From Candidatus Yanofskybacteria bacterium CG10_big_fil_rev_8_21_14_0_10_36_16 (GTDB lineage: Bacteria > Patescibacteriota > Minisyncoccia > 2-02-FULL-40-12 > IGHO2-01-FULL-4-A), in NCBI GenBank assembly GCA_002794035.1, contig PCXQ01000004.1, positions 17,842 to 81,841 on the forward strand: a DNA stretch of 64,000 nt. Reading direction: 5' to 3'. The number at the start of each line of letters is the position of its first letter. The stretch's first letter is position 1. Positions 28,636 through 38,126 of the stretch are shown one piece after another. The notes beneath the pieces are model-generated. The model saw only the letters and a list, made by a program, of their open reading frames with translations. It did no database searches and was not told the DNA's origin. A program made the position numbers and the translations under genes.

Positions 28636-29247
28636 TTATCTCTTTGACCACTGTGGGGATTTTCTTGCTTTCTTGAGGCCATATTTCTTTCGTTCTTTTA
28701 CCCTTGAGTCAACAGTGATGTATCCTGCTCGTTTTAGTTTTTTAGAAAAATTATTATCAAACTTTATTAATGCTCGTGCTATACCTAGCCTACATGCATC
28801 TGCTTGACCGCTTGTACCGCCACCTTTAACAAGAATATTGGCCTTAAATCTGTTTAGAGATTTTAATTTTTTTAAAGGCGATTCAACTATTTCAATTAAG
28901 TAATCTTTAGGGAAATATTCCGAATGAAGTTTTTCATTCACTGTTATCATTGCAACATCTTCTCCATCTTGTTTATCTACTGATTTTTTTGTATATAACC
29001 TAACTCTAGCAACAGATTGCTTGCGCCTCCCAACTGATTCATAGTATTTTTCTATTGCTGATGCAGACTTCTTTGTTTCTGATTCTTCTTCAGATTCTTT
29101 TGGTGTTGTTTCAGATTTTGCTTTTGGTTTTTCTTCCTTTTTTGTGGTCTTTTTAGCTTTTTGAACCTTAACAGAATCGGCATCTTTTTTTGGTGTTGTT
29201 TCAGATTTTGCTTTTGGTTTTTCTTCCTTTTTTGTTTTTGTAGCCAT
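28636..29247 (-). CDS. rpsI: 30S ribosomal protein S9 with a roughly 70-aa K/E-rich N-terminal extension containing a tandem duplication
   Basis: C-terminal GGGTSGQADACRLGIARAL...KKARKSPQWSKR is canonical S9. The N-terminus carries the KKEEKPKAKSETTPK repeat, and the corresponding DNA is duplicated at about 29100-29147 and 29190-29237. Confidence 0.9.
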   Translation of the reverse strand: MATKTKKEEKPKAKSETTPKKDADSVKVQKAKKTTKKEEKPKAKSETTPKESEEESETKKSASAIEKYYESVGRRKQSVARVRLYTKKSVDKQDGEDVAMITVNEKLHSEYFPKDYLIEIVESPLKKLKSLNRFKANILVKGGGTSGQADACRLGIARALIKFDNNFSKKLKRAGYITVDSRVKERKKYGLKKARKSPQWSKR

Positions 29248-29269
29248 TTTAGTTATTTTTTAATTAGGT

Positions 29270-29611
29270 TTATTTAGAAAATCTTAAATTTTTAATAATT
29301 TTAGCTCTTAATTTGTTCTTTGGCAACATACCATAAACAACCCTCTTTAAAAGACTTTCTGGATTTTCTTCAAACATATCTCCAAAATTTATTTCTCTGA
29401 TTCCACCGGGGTATCCAGAATGTCTGTAATATTTTTTTTGATCTAATTTTTGACCAGTAATCTTAACTTTAGAAACATTTTCAACTGTAACTTGAACATC
29501 GGGCGTAATATTATATTGAAAATCAGGACTATCTTTTCCACGCAAAAGCACAGCAATTTTACTTGCTAGTCTTCCTAATGATTGGTTTGTTGCGTCTATG
29601 CGTTTTTCCAT
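29270..29611 (-). CDS. rplM: 50S ribosomal protein L13 (compact, 113 aa)
   Basis: LGRLASKIAVLLRGKDSPDF...ITGQKLDQKKYYRHSGYPGG L13 pattern. Confidence 0.85.
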   Translation of the reverse strand: MEKRIDATNQSLGRLASKIAVLLRGKDSPDFQYNITPDVQVTVENVSKVKITGQKLDQKKYYRHSGYPGGIREINFGDMFEENPESLLKRVVYGMLPKNKLRAKIIKNLRFSK

Positions 29612-29628
29612 AATTTTTTATTAAAATT

Positions 29629-29979
29629 TTATTTTATAAATTCTAAAATTGCCATCTTGGCTCCGTCACCCTCTCTTCGTGGTAATTTTACAATTCTAGT
29701 ATAACCACCTTCTCTTTCACTGAATTTTGGTGCTATTTCATCTATTAATTTATCAGCTGCTTTTTTACCTGCTATTTCAATAAGAGCTCTTCTTTTTGCT
29801 AAATTTTCATTTTTTGCTTTTGTCACCATTTTTTCTACAAAAGGTTTTAAACTCTTTAGCTTTACTTCAGTGCTTGTAATTTTACCGGATAAAATGAAAG
29901 ACATGGCCAAATTATTCCTTAGGGCATTTCTTTGTTTTTTAACTCTACCGAATTTTTTGATTTTATTTTTGTGTCTCAT
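29629..29979 (-). CDS. rplQ: 50S ribosomal protein L17
   Basis: MRHKNKIKKFGR...ENLAKRRALIE...REGGYTRIVKLPRREGDGAKMAILEFI. Confidence 0.9.
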   Translation of the reverse strand: MRHKNKIKKFGRVKKQRNALRNNLAMSFILSGKITSTEVKLKSLKPFVEKMVTKAKNENLAKRRALIEIAGKKAADKLIDEIAPKFSEREGGYTRIVKLPRREGDGAKMAILEFIK

Positions 29980-30000
29980 GTCAGTTTATTTAAATAAAAG

Positions 30001-30762
30001 TTATTTTTTCTTTGACTTCGTTTCTTTCTTGGTGGACTCTTTTTTCTTAGAGGTTTTTGTAGTCGCTTCTTTTTCTTTCGGAACTTCCAGTTGGTTCACT
30101 TGTTCAAAGTAGTCTATCAATGTTTTGGATGCTCTTATTAGAGTTTCTTCTGGAGAAACTGAGCCATCGGTTTCTATTTCTAAAATGATTTTATTATAGT
30201 CAGTTCTTTGACCTACGCGCATATTTTCTACCTTGTAGTTAATGTTTTTAACTGGTGAGAAGATGGCATCAACGGCTATGCTTCCAACGCCTAGCTTTTC
30301 TTTTTGTCTTTGCTCTACTGGGACATATCCCATGCCTTTTTCTATCTTTAATTCCATTTCTATTTCGGCTTTCTTATCTGTTATAGTAGCTATTTCTTGA
30401 TCTTTATTTATTACTTCTACATCAGAGTTGGGCTCTATGTCATTTGCTGTAATTTTATTAGCTCCTTTCTTTTTAAGGTTCAAAACTACAGGCTCGTCTG
30501 AAAAAAGTCTAAATCTAACCTTTTTAAGATTTAATATGACATCAATTGCATCTTCCATAACACCTTCTATGGTTGAAAATTCATGGTCAACACCTTTTAT
30601 TTTTACTGAGGTAATTGCAGCACCTTCAATAGAAGATATCAGAACTCTTCTAAGGGCATTGCCGATCGTTAATCCATATCCGGGATAAAGTGGTGAAATT
30701 TCAAAAACCGCTTTGTTGCCATCATGGGATACGACCTTTGGTTTTTCTGGTAATTGTATCAT
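30001..30762 (-). CDS. rpoA: DNA-directed RNA polymerase alpha subunit, N-terminal domain only; no alpha-CTD, ends in a Lys-rich tail
   Basis: GYGLTIGNALRRVLISSIEGAAITSVKIKGVDHEFSTIEGVMEDAIDVILNLK matches the alpha-NTD. The protein is 253 aa and ends KEKEATTKTSKKKESTKKETKSKKK. rplQ follows 22 nt later. Confidence 0.85.
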   Translation of the reverse strand: MIQLPEKPKVVSHDGNKAVFEISPLYPGYGLTIGNALRRVLISSIEGAAITSVKIKGVDHEFSTIEGVMEDAIDVILNLKKVRFRLFSDEPVVLNLKKKGANKITANDIEPNSDVEVINKDQEIATITDKKAEIEMELKIEKGMGYVPVEQRQKEKLGVGSIAVDAIFSPVKNINYKVENMRVGQRTDYNKIILEIETDGSVSPEETLIRASKTLIDYFEQVNQLEVPKEKEATTKTSKKKESTKKETKSKKK

Positions 30763-30843
30763 GTTTACTTTATAAAATTTATAAAGTTATAAGTTTTCTG
30801 TTCCTTGCAACTTTATAAATTTAATTACTTTTTATCCGACATA

Positions 30844-31515
30844 TTATCTAGAATAATATTCCACGATGGCTCTTAGGTCTGAAGTGTTTAAACCACTATC
30901 TTCCATGCTTGGTGTTCCTATTATTTTTGAGGAAATCTTGCCCTTGTCCAATGATATCCATCCTGGAGCTTCATATTTTTCAAACCATTGTGGCATTAAA
31001 GAAGAAAAATAAGGTATTTTCTTACTTTCTTCTCTTATTGAAATTGTATCGTTTTTTCTGACTTTGTAAGATGGGATGTCTACTCTTTTGCTGTTTACGG
31101 TAATATGACCATGGTTAACCAATTGTCTTGCTTGATCTCTTGATTGAGCAAAACCTGATCTAAAAACAATATTGTCCAAACGTTTTTCTAGTTTTTCCAT
31201 TATTTTAGAACCTGTTTCACTCTTGGATTTCATAGAGTCTTTTACGATGGCTTTAAATTGCTTTTCTAGTATTCTGTAGGTATTTCTAACTCTTTGTTTT
31301 GATTGAAGTTGCAATCCGTATTCAGACAACCTTCTTTGGCCCTTGCTTCCATGTGTTCCTGGGGGATATGGCCTTTTGGTTAGAGCTGATTTTGGAGAAT
31401 ATGAACGTTCGCCCTTTAAGAAGAGTTTAGTTCCCAAGCGTCTTTCTATTTTTTCTTTTGGACCTCTATATCTTGCCAATTCTATTAATCGCTTATTGTT
31501 AGGAAACGATAGCAA
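30844..31515 (-). CDS. rpsD: 30S ribosomal protein S4
   Basis: ARYRGPKEKIERRLGTKLFLKGERS...KRPYPPGTHG...LSEYGLQLQSKQRVR. Confidence 0.9.
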   Translation of the reverse strand: MLSFPNNKRLIELARYRGPKEKIERRLGTKLFLKGERSYSPKSALTKRPYPPGTHGSKGQRRLSEYGLQLQSKQRVRNTYRILEKQFKAIVKDSMKSKSETGSKIMEKLEKRLDNIVFRSGFAQSRDQARQLVNHGHITVNSKRVDIPSYKVRKNDTISIREESKKIPYFSSLMPQWFEKYEAPGWISLDKGKISSKIIGTPSMEDSGLNTSDLRAIVEYYSR

Positions 31516-31547
31516 CTTGCTGTAGTTACCTAATCATAGGCGGTTTA

Positions 31548-31994
31548 TTATACCCTCCTTGGTTTTGGTGGTTTTACGCCGTTGTGTGGCATTGGTGTAG
31601 TGTCAACAACCGATGTTATATTTATACCGGTTCCTGCAACTCCTCTAATTGCTGCCTCTCTGCCTGAACCGATACCTTTAACTGTGATTTCAGCTTCAAC
31701 CATTCCTAATGCTTTAGCTTTTTCAGCAACATCTTTTGCAACAATGGTTGCAGCGTATGGTGTTGATTTCCTAGAGCCCTTAAATCCCAAGCTTCCAGCT
31801 GAAGACCAAAGTAAAACTTCTCCTTTGCTGTCTGCAACATTAACCAAGGTGTTATTAAACGAAACGGATATGTTTATAATGCCTTTTGCAATTTTTTTGT
31901 TCCTTGCTTTTTTGCTCAATTTTAAAAGCACAGATTTGCTTTCATCTGCTGGTCCTAGTCCGTCACTTTTTGATATTACTCTTTTCTGTCCCAT
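31548..31994 (-). CDS. rpsK: 30S ribosomal protein S11
   Basis: WSSAGSLGFKGSRKSTPYAA...VKGIGSGREAAIRG...TPMPHNGVKPPKPRRV. Confidence 0.9.
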   Translation of the reverse strand: MGQKRVISKSDGLGPADESKSVLLKLSKKARNKKIAKGIINISVSFNNTLVNVADSKGEVLLWSSAGSLGFKGSRKSTPYAATIVAKDVAEKAKALGMVEAEITVKGIGSGREAAIRGVAGTGINITSVVDTTPMPHNGVKPPKPRRV

Positions 31995-32059
31995 TTTTAT
32001 TTAAGTCATGCCCTTAGCCAATTAATATTTAAGAGACATTGTCGGACATGTGTTATACA

Positions 32060-32443
32060 TTATGTTTTTTGTGCTGATGGTTTTTTACCGGAACCCATTG
32101 TCTTTCTTACGTTTCCTCTAAGGGTTCTTGAATTTGTCTTGGTTCTTCCATGTATTGGAAGTTTTCTTGCATGTCTTGTTCCTCTCCATGCGCCCACCTC
32201 TCTTAAATGCTTTATGTTTTCTCCAACCTCACGCCTTAAGTCACCCTCTGTTTTATAGTTTTTTTCAATAATGCCTTGAATTCGAGCTGACTCATCTTTC
32301 GTGAGTTCATTGGTTCTTTTATCAGGACTTACGTTGGCCGACTTCAAAATTATGGAGCTTGTGGTTGTTCCTATTCCGTAAATATAAGTTAGCGAATAAA
32401 GTATTTTTTTGTTGTCAGGTATGTCTATACCACTTATTCTCAT
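32060..32443 (-). CDS. rpsM: 30S ribosomal protein S13
   Basis: MRISGIDIPDNKKILYSLTYIYGIG...HGRTKTNSRT. Confidence 0.9.
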   Translation of the reverse strand: MRISGIDIPDNKKILYSLTYIYGIGTTTSSIILKSANVSPDKRTNELTKDESARIQGIIEKNYKTEGDLRREVGENIKHLREVGAWRGTRHARKLPIHGRTKTNSRTLRGNVRKTMGSGKKPSAQKT

Positions 32444-32486
32444 AAATAATAGCTTATAGCTAAGAGGCCATAGAAACCATCTATTG

Positions 32487-32600
32487 CCGCCAAGTTTATA
32501 GGCAAACTAACCCTGTCTTTGTTTATGTTTAGGGTTTTTACAAATACAATAAACCTTACCCTTTCTGCGCACTAGCTTGCAATTATTACAAATTTTTTTA
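32487..32600 (-). CDS. rpmJ: 50S ribosomal protein L36 (37 aa; below the ORF-track cutoff, found by manual translation)
   Basis: The reverse complement translates to [37 protein letters not shown], the canonical L36, in the expected infA-rpmJ-rpsM position. Confidence 0.85.
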
Positions 32601-32659
32601 ACTGATGAACGTACTTTCATAATTTATTTTTCAAATTCAATAATAATATATTTAGAATA

Positions 32660-32869
32660 TTATTTTCTAAACACTATTCTGCCTTTGTCTCCTTCAGGGC
32701 TTAATTCCAGGGTTACTTTGTCTCCTGGTATTACCTTTATATAATTCATCCTCATTTTGCCCGAAAGGTACGCCAAAATTTCTTTGCCGTCTTCTAATTT
32801 TACTCTGAATTTTGTATCAGGCAATGTTTCTGTTATCTCGCCTTCAACTTTTATTTTATCGTCTGGCAT
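32660..32869 (-). CDS. infA: Translation initiation factor IF-1
   Basis: VEGEITETLPDTKFRVKLEDGKEILAYLSGKMRMNYIKVIPGDKVTLELSP..KGRIVFR. Confidence 0.9.
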   Translation of the reverse strand: MPDDKIKVEGEITETLPDTKFRVKLEDGKEILAYLSGKMRMNYIKVIPGDKVTLELSPEGDKGRIVFRK

Positions 32870-33019
32870 TTAAAATATAGATAAAAAACACCGCATAACA
32901 AATATGCAGAGCTATCTTCAGTACTTTTTACCTATGGTTTATGATAACAAATAAATTAAATAAATGCAATAGAAAATACCAACTGTTAATATATGTAAAT
33001 AAAAACCTATAAATATGCC

Positions 33020-35182
33020 CTACTTATTATTATCTATTACAATTTCTATCTTTTCCTCTTCCGTGGGTATTTCGTTAACCCAGAAAGGAGAAAGTGTTAT
33101 TTTGGCCTTCTCAATCTCATTAAAATTTGAGAAATAATCCCTAACTTGACTTTCTTTCATGCCTTTTATTTCTTCAAGTATTTCATTTTTATCAATGACA
33201 TATGCTGATTCTCCGTTAACTTTTACAGTAAAACCAATCTTATTTTCATCTTTCTCAGACTCGTGTTCAGTATAAGATATTAGTGTTTTATCTTCTAACA
33301 ATTTAAAATTATCTTCTCCTATCTTGGAAGTTTCTATGATTTTAACAATATCATCTTCTCTAAAGGCAATGACAGATGCTGTGCCAGAAACTGACATTTC
33401 AAAGGTTGCTACTGCCGTTCCTGATTCAACAAGCGTATCAGGTTCACTAATTTTTATTGATATCATTCCTGCTGTTTTTAGATCTCCAATTTTATTTTTT
33501 ATAGAATCTTCTAACTCATTTTTTAACTTTGTCGAAAGTTCAATTTGCGCTTCTGCAAGATCTGTCTCTGTGACGACAGGAGATGGGCCTATCATTCCTC
33601 CGATCATAGGCTTTTCTGATTCCGCGTAAAATTCAGTAAATTTAGATTTTCCTTCAAAGCCCGGTATCGTAAATCTGGCTGGACCTATGTTGTAATTATT
33701 ACCTGCCTTATCAGCTACTATCTCAACTTTTATAGACCCGGGTGTATCTCCTTCTCTCGCCGGGACAACAATACTAACAGGAATTCTAAATATTAGTCCC
33801 TCAGGTGATTCAAAACGAGTTGTTGCTACAAGGCGTTGGGAGGTGCCCGAGGTATTGTATATAGTTATTTCTCCGCGTGCCTTTTGAGCAACTTCTTTGT
33901 TTCCACTTGAAGTAAAGGCACCTTTGACTTCTTTGGTTTCTTCAAACTTTTGTCCAGGAACTTGATCAAGGGCATAGTTTGTTGCTGATATATCAGTTAA
34001 CGCAGATGCTTTAAATTCAAAATCCAAAGGTTGTTTTTTAGGGTTAATAACAATTTTTACACTTCCTAGTTTTATATATAAAACGGTACCGAGTGCTAGA
34101 ACGGCAATAGTGACTGCAATTGCAGAAATCTTTCTTATCAGATTTGTCTTTTGCAGGGTTGGCTTGTTTGGCTTTTGAAAATTAAATTTTTTCATTTTGT
34201 CACCAAATTTTTCAGTACCATAAGTTTTACTGCCTCCAGTAAGCCACAACTTTGATATTTCATCATCTCTAGACGAAGGCTTGGGTTTAAGTTCTGAATT
34301 AATAATCACGCTCTCTTTTTTGGGGCGCGGACTCTCTGGTTTTACTTTTTCACCAGAATATTTTTGTTCAGGAGGTATGATGTCTGTTATGACTTTGTTA
34401 TGAAGAGGATTACCTTTAAATGCTACGAGTGTTGCCATGGCTTGTGGTATGGTTTCACTTATAGCATCTTCTTCTGTTTCTGCATGATCAACTTCGATTG
34501 GGGTAAAACTCGCAGCTCTCCCCCAATAGTTTAATTCGTCTTCCTCATCAGATTTTGCCGGTTTTTTCTCTAGTGTTTGTTCGGGTTCTTTTGCTAGTTC
34601 ATTCAGATCTTCATTTTTTTCTTTGGCATCTTCTTCAGTTTGTTCAGATTCATCTTCTTCATCCTCCTCCCCTTCTTGATCTTCAGCATTCTCATTTTCT
34701 TCAGACGCCACATCTTCATCTTTAAAACGCCCTGCACCGCGACTTACAATTCGCTCAAGGGGATCTTCGGAATTTTCTTCATTGTCTTCTTGTTCTGAGT
34801 CTTCGGATTCAAAATCTTCCTTTTCTTGTTCTTCTCCTTGATTCTCATTGTCTGTCTCCTGAGGAATTTCGGGGCTAGCAATCGATGCCTCTCTAATTGT
34901 GTAATTTGGAGATTTTTTTTGGGTAAACATAACTTCAACGCCCGTTTCCATAGCTAATTGTGCTGTTTGCTGTTCCCCAGTCATTATAGTAAGCTGAACA
35001 TTTGTTTTATCAGCATAATCTTTAATCATTGCCATTCTTGTTTCATCCTGAAGAACCGTCAGCCCTTTAGGCAAAATTAAAATCACCTCATCGGCGTCAC
35101 CGTGGGTGCTATCTTTTAGAGCGCTTATAATTTCCTCAAAGGTATCCCCTGCGGAAACATTTATGACTTTGGTACCTGACAT
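33020..35182 (-). CDS. Large hypothetical protein with a long acidic (D/E-rich) low-complexity region, one TM helix and a C-terminal extracytoplasmic domain
   Basis: ATG at 35180-35182 (MSGTKVINV...). Central EDEEDESEQTEED-type acidic tract, TM ISAIAVTIAVLALGTVLYI, then a roughly 370-aa beta-rich domain. Confidence 0.5.
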   Translation of the reverse strand: MSGTKVINVSAGDTFEEIISALKDSTHGDADEVILILPKGLTVLQDETRMAMIKDYADKTNVQLTIMTGEQQTAQLAMETGVEVMFTQKKSPNYTIREASIASPEIPQETDNENQGEEQEKEDFESEDSEQEDNEENSEDPLERIVSRGAGRFKDEDVASEENENAEDQEGEEDEEDESEQTEEDAKEKNEDLNELAKEPEQTLEKKPAKSDEEDELNYWGRAASFTPIEVDHAETEEDAISETIPQAMATLVAFKGNPLHNKVITDIIPPEQKYSGEKVKPESPRPKKESVIINSELKPKPSSRDDEISKLWLTGGSKTYGTEKFGDKMKKFNFQKPNKPTLQKTNLIRKISAIAVTIAVLALGTVLYIKLGSVKIVINPKKQPLDFEFKASALTDISATNYALDQVPGQKFEETKEVKGAFTSSGNKEVAQKARGEITIYNTSGTSQRLVATTRFESPEGLIFRIPVSIVVPAREGDTPGSIKVEIVADKAGNNYNIGPARFTIPGFEGKSKFTEFYAESEKPMIGGMIGPSPVVTETDLAEAQIELSTKLKNELEDSIKNKIGDLKTAGMISIKISEPDTLVESGTAVATFEMSVSGTASVIAFREDDIVKIIETSKIGEDNFKLLEDKTLISYTEHESEKDENKIGFTVKVNGESAYVIDKNEILEEIKGMKESQVRDYFSNFNEIEKAKITLSPFWVNEIPTEEEKIEIVIDNNK

Positions 35183-35224
35183 TGATAAAATTATATCATA
35201 TTTCAAGTAGAGATATATCAACAC

Positions 35225-35246
35225 AAAAACCGCTAAGGCGGTTTTT
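35225..35246 (-). terminator. Terminator hairpin downstream of alaS
   Basis: AAAAACCGC-TAA-GGCGGTTTTT. Confidence 0.6.
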
Positions 35247-35275
35247 GTTATTTACAAAATTTAAAACCAGAAAAA

Positions 35276-37039
35276 TTATTCTACAATGGCTCTTATTCTC
35301 CTTATACCAGTACCCACCGACTGTTCTTTTTTAATAGTTATACGGCCTATCTCCCCCGTTTGTTCTACATGCGGACCCCCGCAAAGCTCCCGGCTAAATG
35401 GCTTATCCCAGTCACCTACTGTATAGACTTTTACAGTAGATGGATATTTTTCTTTAAAGAAGGACAACGCGCCAAGCTTTACGGCCTCCTCATAAGGCAT
35501 CTCGCGCATTGTAACCAACAAATCATCATCCACTGCCTTGTTAGCAAGATTTTCAATTTCTTTTTTTTCTTCATCTGTTAGCTTGCGGTTAAAATTAAAA
35601 TCAAATCTCAGCCGTTCGGCTGTAATATCAGAACCAGCTTGATGAACTTCTTCGCCTAAAACCTTGCGCAATGCAGCATGCAAAAGGTGAGTAGCCGTAT
35701 GTAATCTTGTAACTTTTTTTAATTCTTCTTCGTTACCAGCTTTGAGTTCCCCTGTATCTAATATAAGTCCATGGCCTCCGAATTTCTTTTCTTGCCCAGC
35801 CTTTGATAATTCTTTATGCTTTTCCATTTCTGCCTCAAAACTTTTGGTATCTAACTCGACCCCTTTTTCTTCAGCAAGCTCTTTGGTAAGTTCAACTGGA
35901 AATCCAAAGGTTGTATATAAGTCAAAAACATCTTTACCAGATATCACATTAGTTCCAGAACTTATTCTCTCAAATTCTTTTATGCCATTGCTTAGTGCCT
36001 TGCTAAATTTATATCTTTCGTTTTCTATTACTTCCAATATTTCGTCCTGTTTTTTTGAGAGTTCAGGATATACACCGACATAAATATCATGAGAAACAAC
36101 ATGCAGTATTCTTTTGTAAATATCATCGGGCAAATCAAGAGATTTAACATATCTTATTGCCCTTCTTAATAGACGTCTCAAAACATATCCTTGTTCTGAG
36201 TTTGACGGCAAAACACCGTCTGAAATCATAAAAATTGCCGCTTTCATGTGATCAGCAATTATTCTTTCTGCTTTTCTATTATTCTCATGATCATACAATT
36301 CTTTTCCCCTAATCTCTGTTATTACCGGCAAAGAAAGGTCTGTTTCATAAACATTGTTTTTTCCTTGAAGCATAACTGCCAAACGCTCAAGACCCATACC
36401 AGTATCTATGCCCTTTATTTCTAAAGGTAAATATTTTTTATGTTCATCACAGAAAAATTCATTAAAGACAATATTCCATATCTCAACACCATCTATATAA
36501 ATCTCCGTTGTGGGTCCGCATGGGCCCTTGCTTCCTGTCGGACCCCAAAAATTATCTTCTTTATCTCCAAAAATTATTTTATCATCAGGCACACCAAATG
36601 ATTTCCATATTTCTAGAGACTCTCTGTCTTCAGGGATATTGTTTTCATGATCACCCTTAAATATAGAAACAACTACTCTTTCTGGTGATATCCCCAAATC
36701 TTTTATCATAAAATCATACCCATATTGTATTGCTTCTTTTTTCCAGTACCCACCGAATGAAAAATTGCCCAACATTTCAAAAAAGGTTGCGTGAGTGTTG
36801 TCTCCAACCTCTTCTATGTCTACTGTCCTCACTGACTTTTGAATAGATGCGGTATTTTTAGAACCAAAGTCTTTAATTGGATCTGCCTCGCCTGTATAGT
36901 ATTTTTTAAACTGTTGCATACCTGCGGTTGTAAAAAGCACCGACGGGTCATCGGGCAAAAGAGAGCTTGATGGCACAACCGCGTGACCTCGCTCTTTAAA
37001 AAAGTTTAGGAATTTTTCACGAATTTCTTGATGTGTCAT
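35276..37039 (-). CDS. alaS: Alanyl-tRNA synthetase (catalytic plus editing domains; C-Ala domain absent)
   Basis: MTHQEIREKFLNFFKERGHAVVPSSSLLP...FTTAGMQQFK...FFEMLGNFSFGGYWK, and editing-site HTATHLLHAAL...CGGPHVEQTG. 587 aa from the ATG at 37039. Confidence 0.85.
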   Translation of the reverse strand: MTHQEIREKFLNFFKERGHAVVPSSSLLPDDPSVLFTTAGMQQFKKYYTGEADPIKDFGSKNTASIQKSVRTVDIEEVGDNTHATFFEMLGNFSFGGYWKKEAIQYGYDFMIKDLGISPERVVVSIFKGDHENNIPEDRESLEIWKSFGVPDDKIIFGDKEDNFWGPTGSKGPCGPTTEIYIDGVEIWNIVFNEFFCDEHKKYLPLEIKGIDTGMGLERLAVMLQGKNNVYETDLSLPVITEIRGKELYDHENNRKAERIIADHMKAAIFMISDGVLPSNSEQGYVLRRLLRRAIRYVKSLDLPDDIYKRILHVVSHDIYVGVYPELSKKQDEILEVIENERYKFSKALSNGIKEFERISSGTNVISGKDVFDLYTTFGFPVELTKELAEEKGVELDTKSFEAEMEKHKELSKAGQEKKFGGHGLILDTGELKAGNEEELKKVTRLHTATHLLHAALRKVLGEEVHQAGSDITAERLRFDFNFNRKLTDEEKKEIENLANKAVDDDLLVTMREMPYEEAVKLGALSFFKEKYPSTVKVYTVGDWDKPFSRELCGGPHVEQTGEIGRITIKKEQSVGTGIRRIRAIVE

Positions 37040-37074
37040 ATCACCATAATAAAATAAAAGCCCCAAAAGGGCAA

Positions 37075-37614
37075 TTATGTATATTCATTTTTTGTAACCA
37101 AAAGAGAAATACTGCAACAATCTAAACAAAGAGAAAACCAGCTTCTTGACCAAACATCACCCTCTGCACTATCAAATTCTTGTGCATATCTATAAACGAT
37201 AATACTTCTGTTTTTACAATTCGGACAATCCGTCTTCCACAAACCTGAATCATCTTCAACAACCTTAACATTTTTAAGACCAATTTCTAGTGTTTCTTTT
37301 TTTCCTATTTCCATTAATTGTTTCATAAAGACGTATTGCCTTGGACTTAGAGGATTTTTTGGATCAAAATTTGTGACAGAATCATTTATAAAACAACAAA
37401 ATGCCTCATATTTACCGGGATAATGACCCGGAGGGTTCCAGCTCCGCTTTAAAGATTTAATTAATCCCAAAACCCGACTATTGCCTTTCTGGTCTTTTTT
37501 AAGTTGATCAATCTTGGAGCTTAATTCTTGAATTAGTTCATTTGTTTTTAAAACAATCTCCTTTGTTCCAGTTTCTATGTTTTCAATTTTTCTTGCAAGT
37601 TCATTTCCCTGCAC
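37075..37614 (-). CDS. Hypothetical Cys-containing protein (179 aa)
   Basis: ORF immediately upstream of alaS. Carries CPNC...CLDCC motifs. Confidence 0.4.
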   Translation of the reverse strand: MQGNELARKIENIETGTKEIVLKTNELIQELSSKIDQLKKDQKGNSRVLGLIKSLKRSWNPPGHYPGKYEAFCCFINDSVTNFDPKNPLSPRQYVFMKQLMEIGKKETLEIGLKNVKVVEDDSGLWKTDCPNCKNRSIIVYRYAQEFDSAEGDVWSRSWFSLCLDCCSISLLVTKNEYT

Positions 37615-37733
37615 GATCTTCTCCTTTAAAATTATTAAGAACTAAATATTTTGTAACAAATTGTCTTAATAATGTCAAATTAAAACCCCGTCCTTAGAGG
37701 CAGGATTTTAATTTGATTTAAGTAATTTCTAAT

Positions 37734-38033
37734 TTAATTCTCTTTAACTTCTCCCCGGTTTAATTTGTGGAATTTACGTTTTTTATTAAGAAGATAAATG
37801 CCAAATGCTATTAGTAAAATGGGCCAGAATGCATCACTAAAAATACCTAGTTCGCGAGCTAAAAAATAAACTCCCAGAATTACAAAAAACCAGCCCCAAA
37901 ATAAACCCTTGCCTCCATGGCAGTAACGACAACCAGAATCCATGCATTTTTGGTGCCAATTTTTTATTTCCTCTTTGTTGTTTTGTTTATTATTTTCCTT
38001 TTCCATAATTAAATAATACATTAATTTTGACAT
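37734..38033 (-). CDS. Small membrane protein with an N-terminal CxxGCxxC motif (99 aa)
   Basis: CMDSGCRYCHGG followed by two TM helices. Confidence 0.35.
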   Translation of the reverse strand: MSKLMYYLIMEKENNKQNNKEEIKNWHQKCMDSGCRYCHGGKGLFWGWFFVILGVYFLARELGIFSDAFWPILLIAFGIYLLNKKRKFHKLNRGEVKEN

Positions 38034-38126
38034 TTTAGCAAATAGTATTTACTTTAAAAAGGTTGAAAATTTGACCTAAATATGTCATTATGTTCCTAGT
38101 TTATTTACAAAATAAGGAATAGAAAA

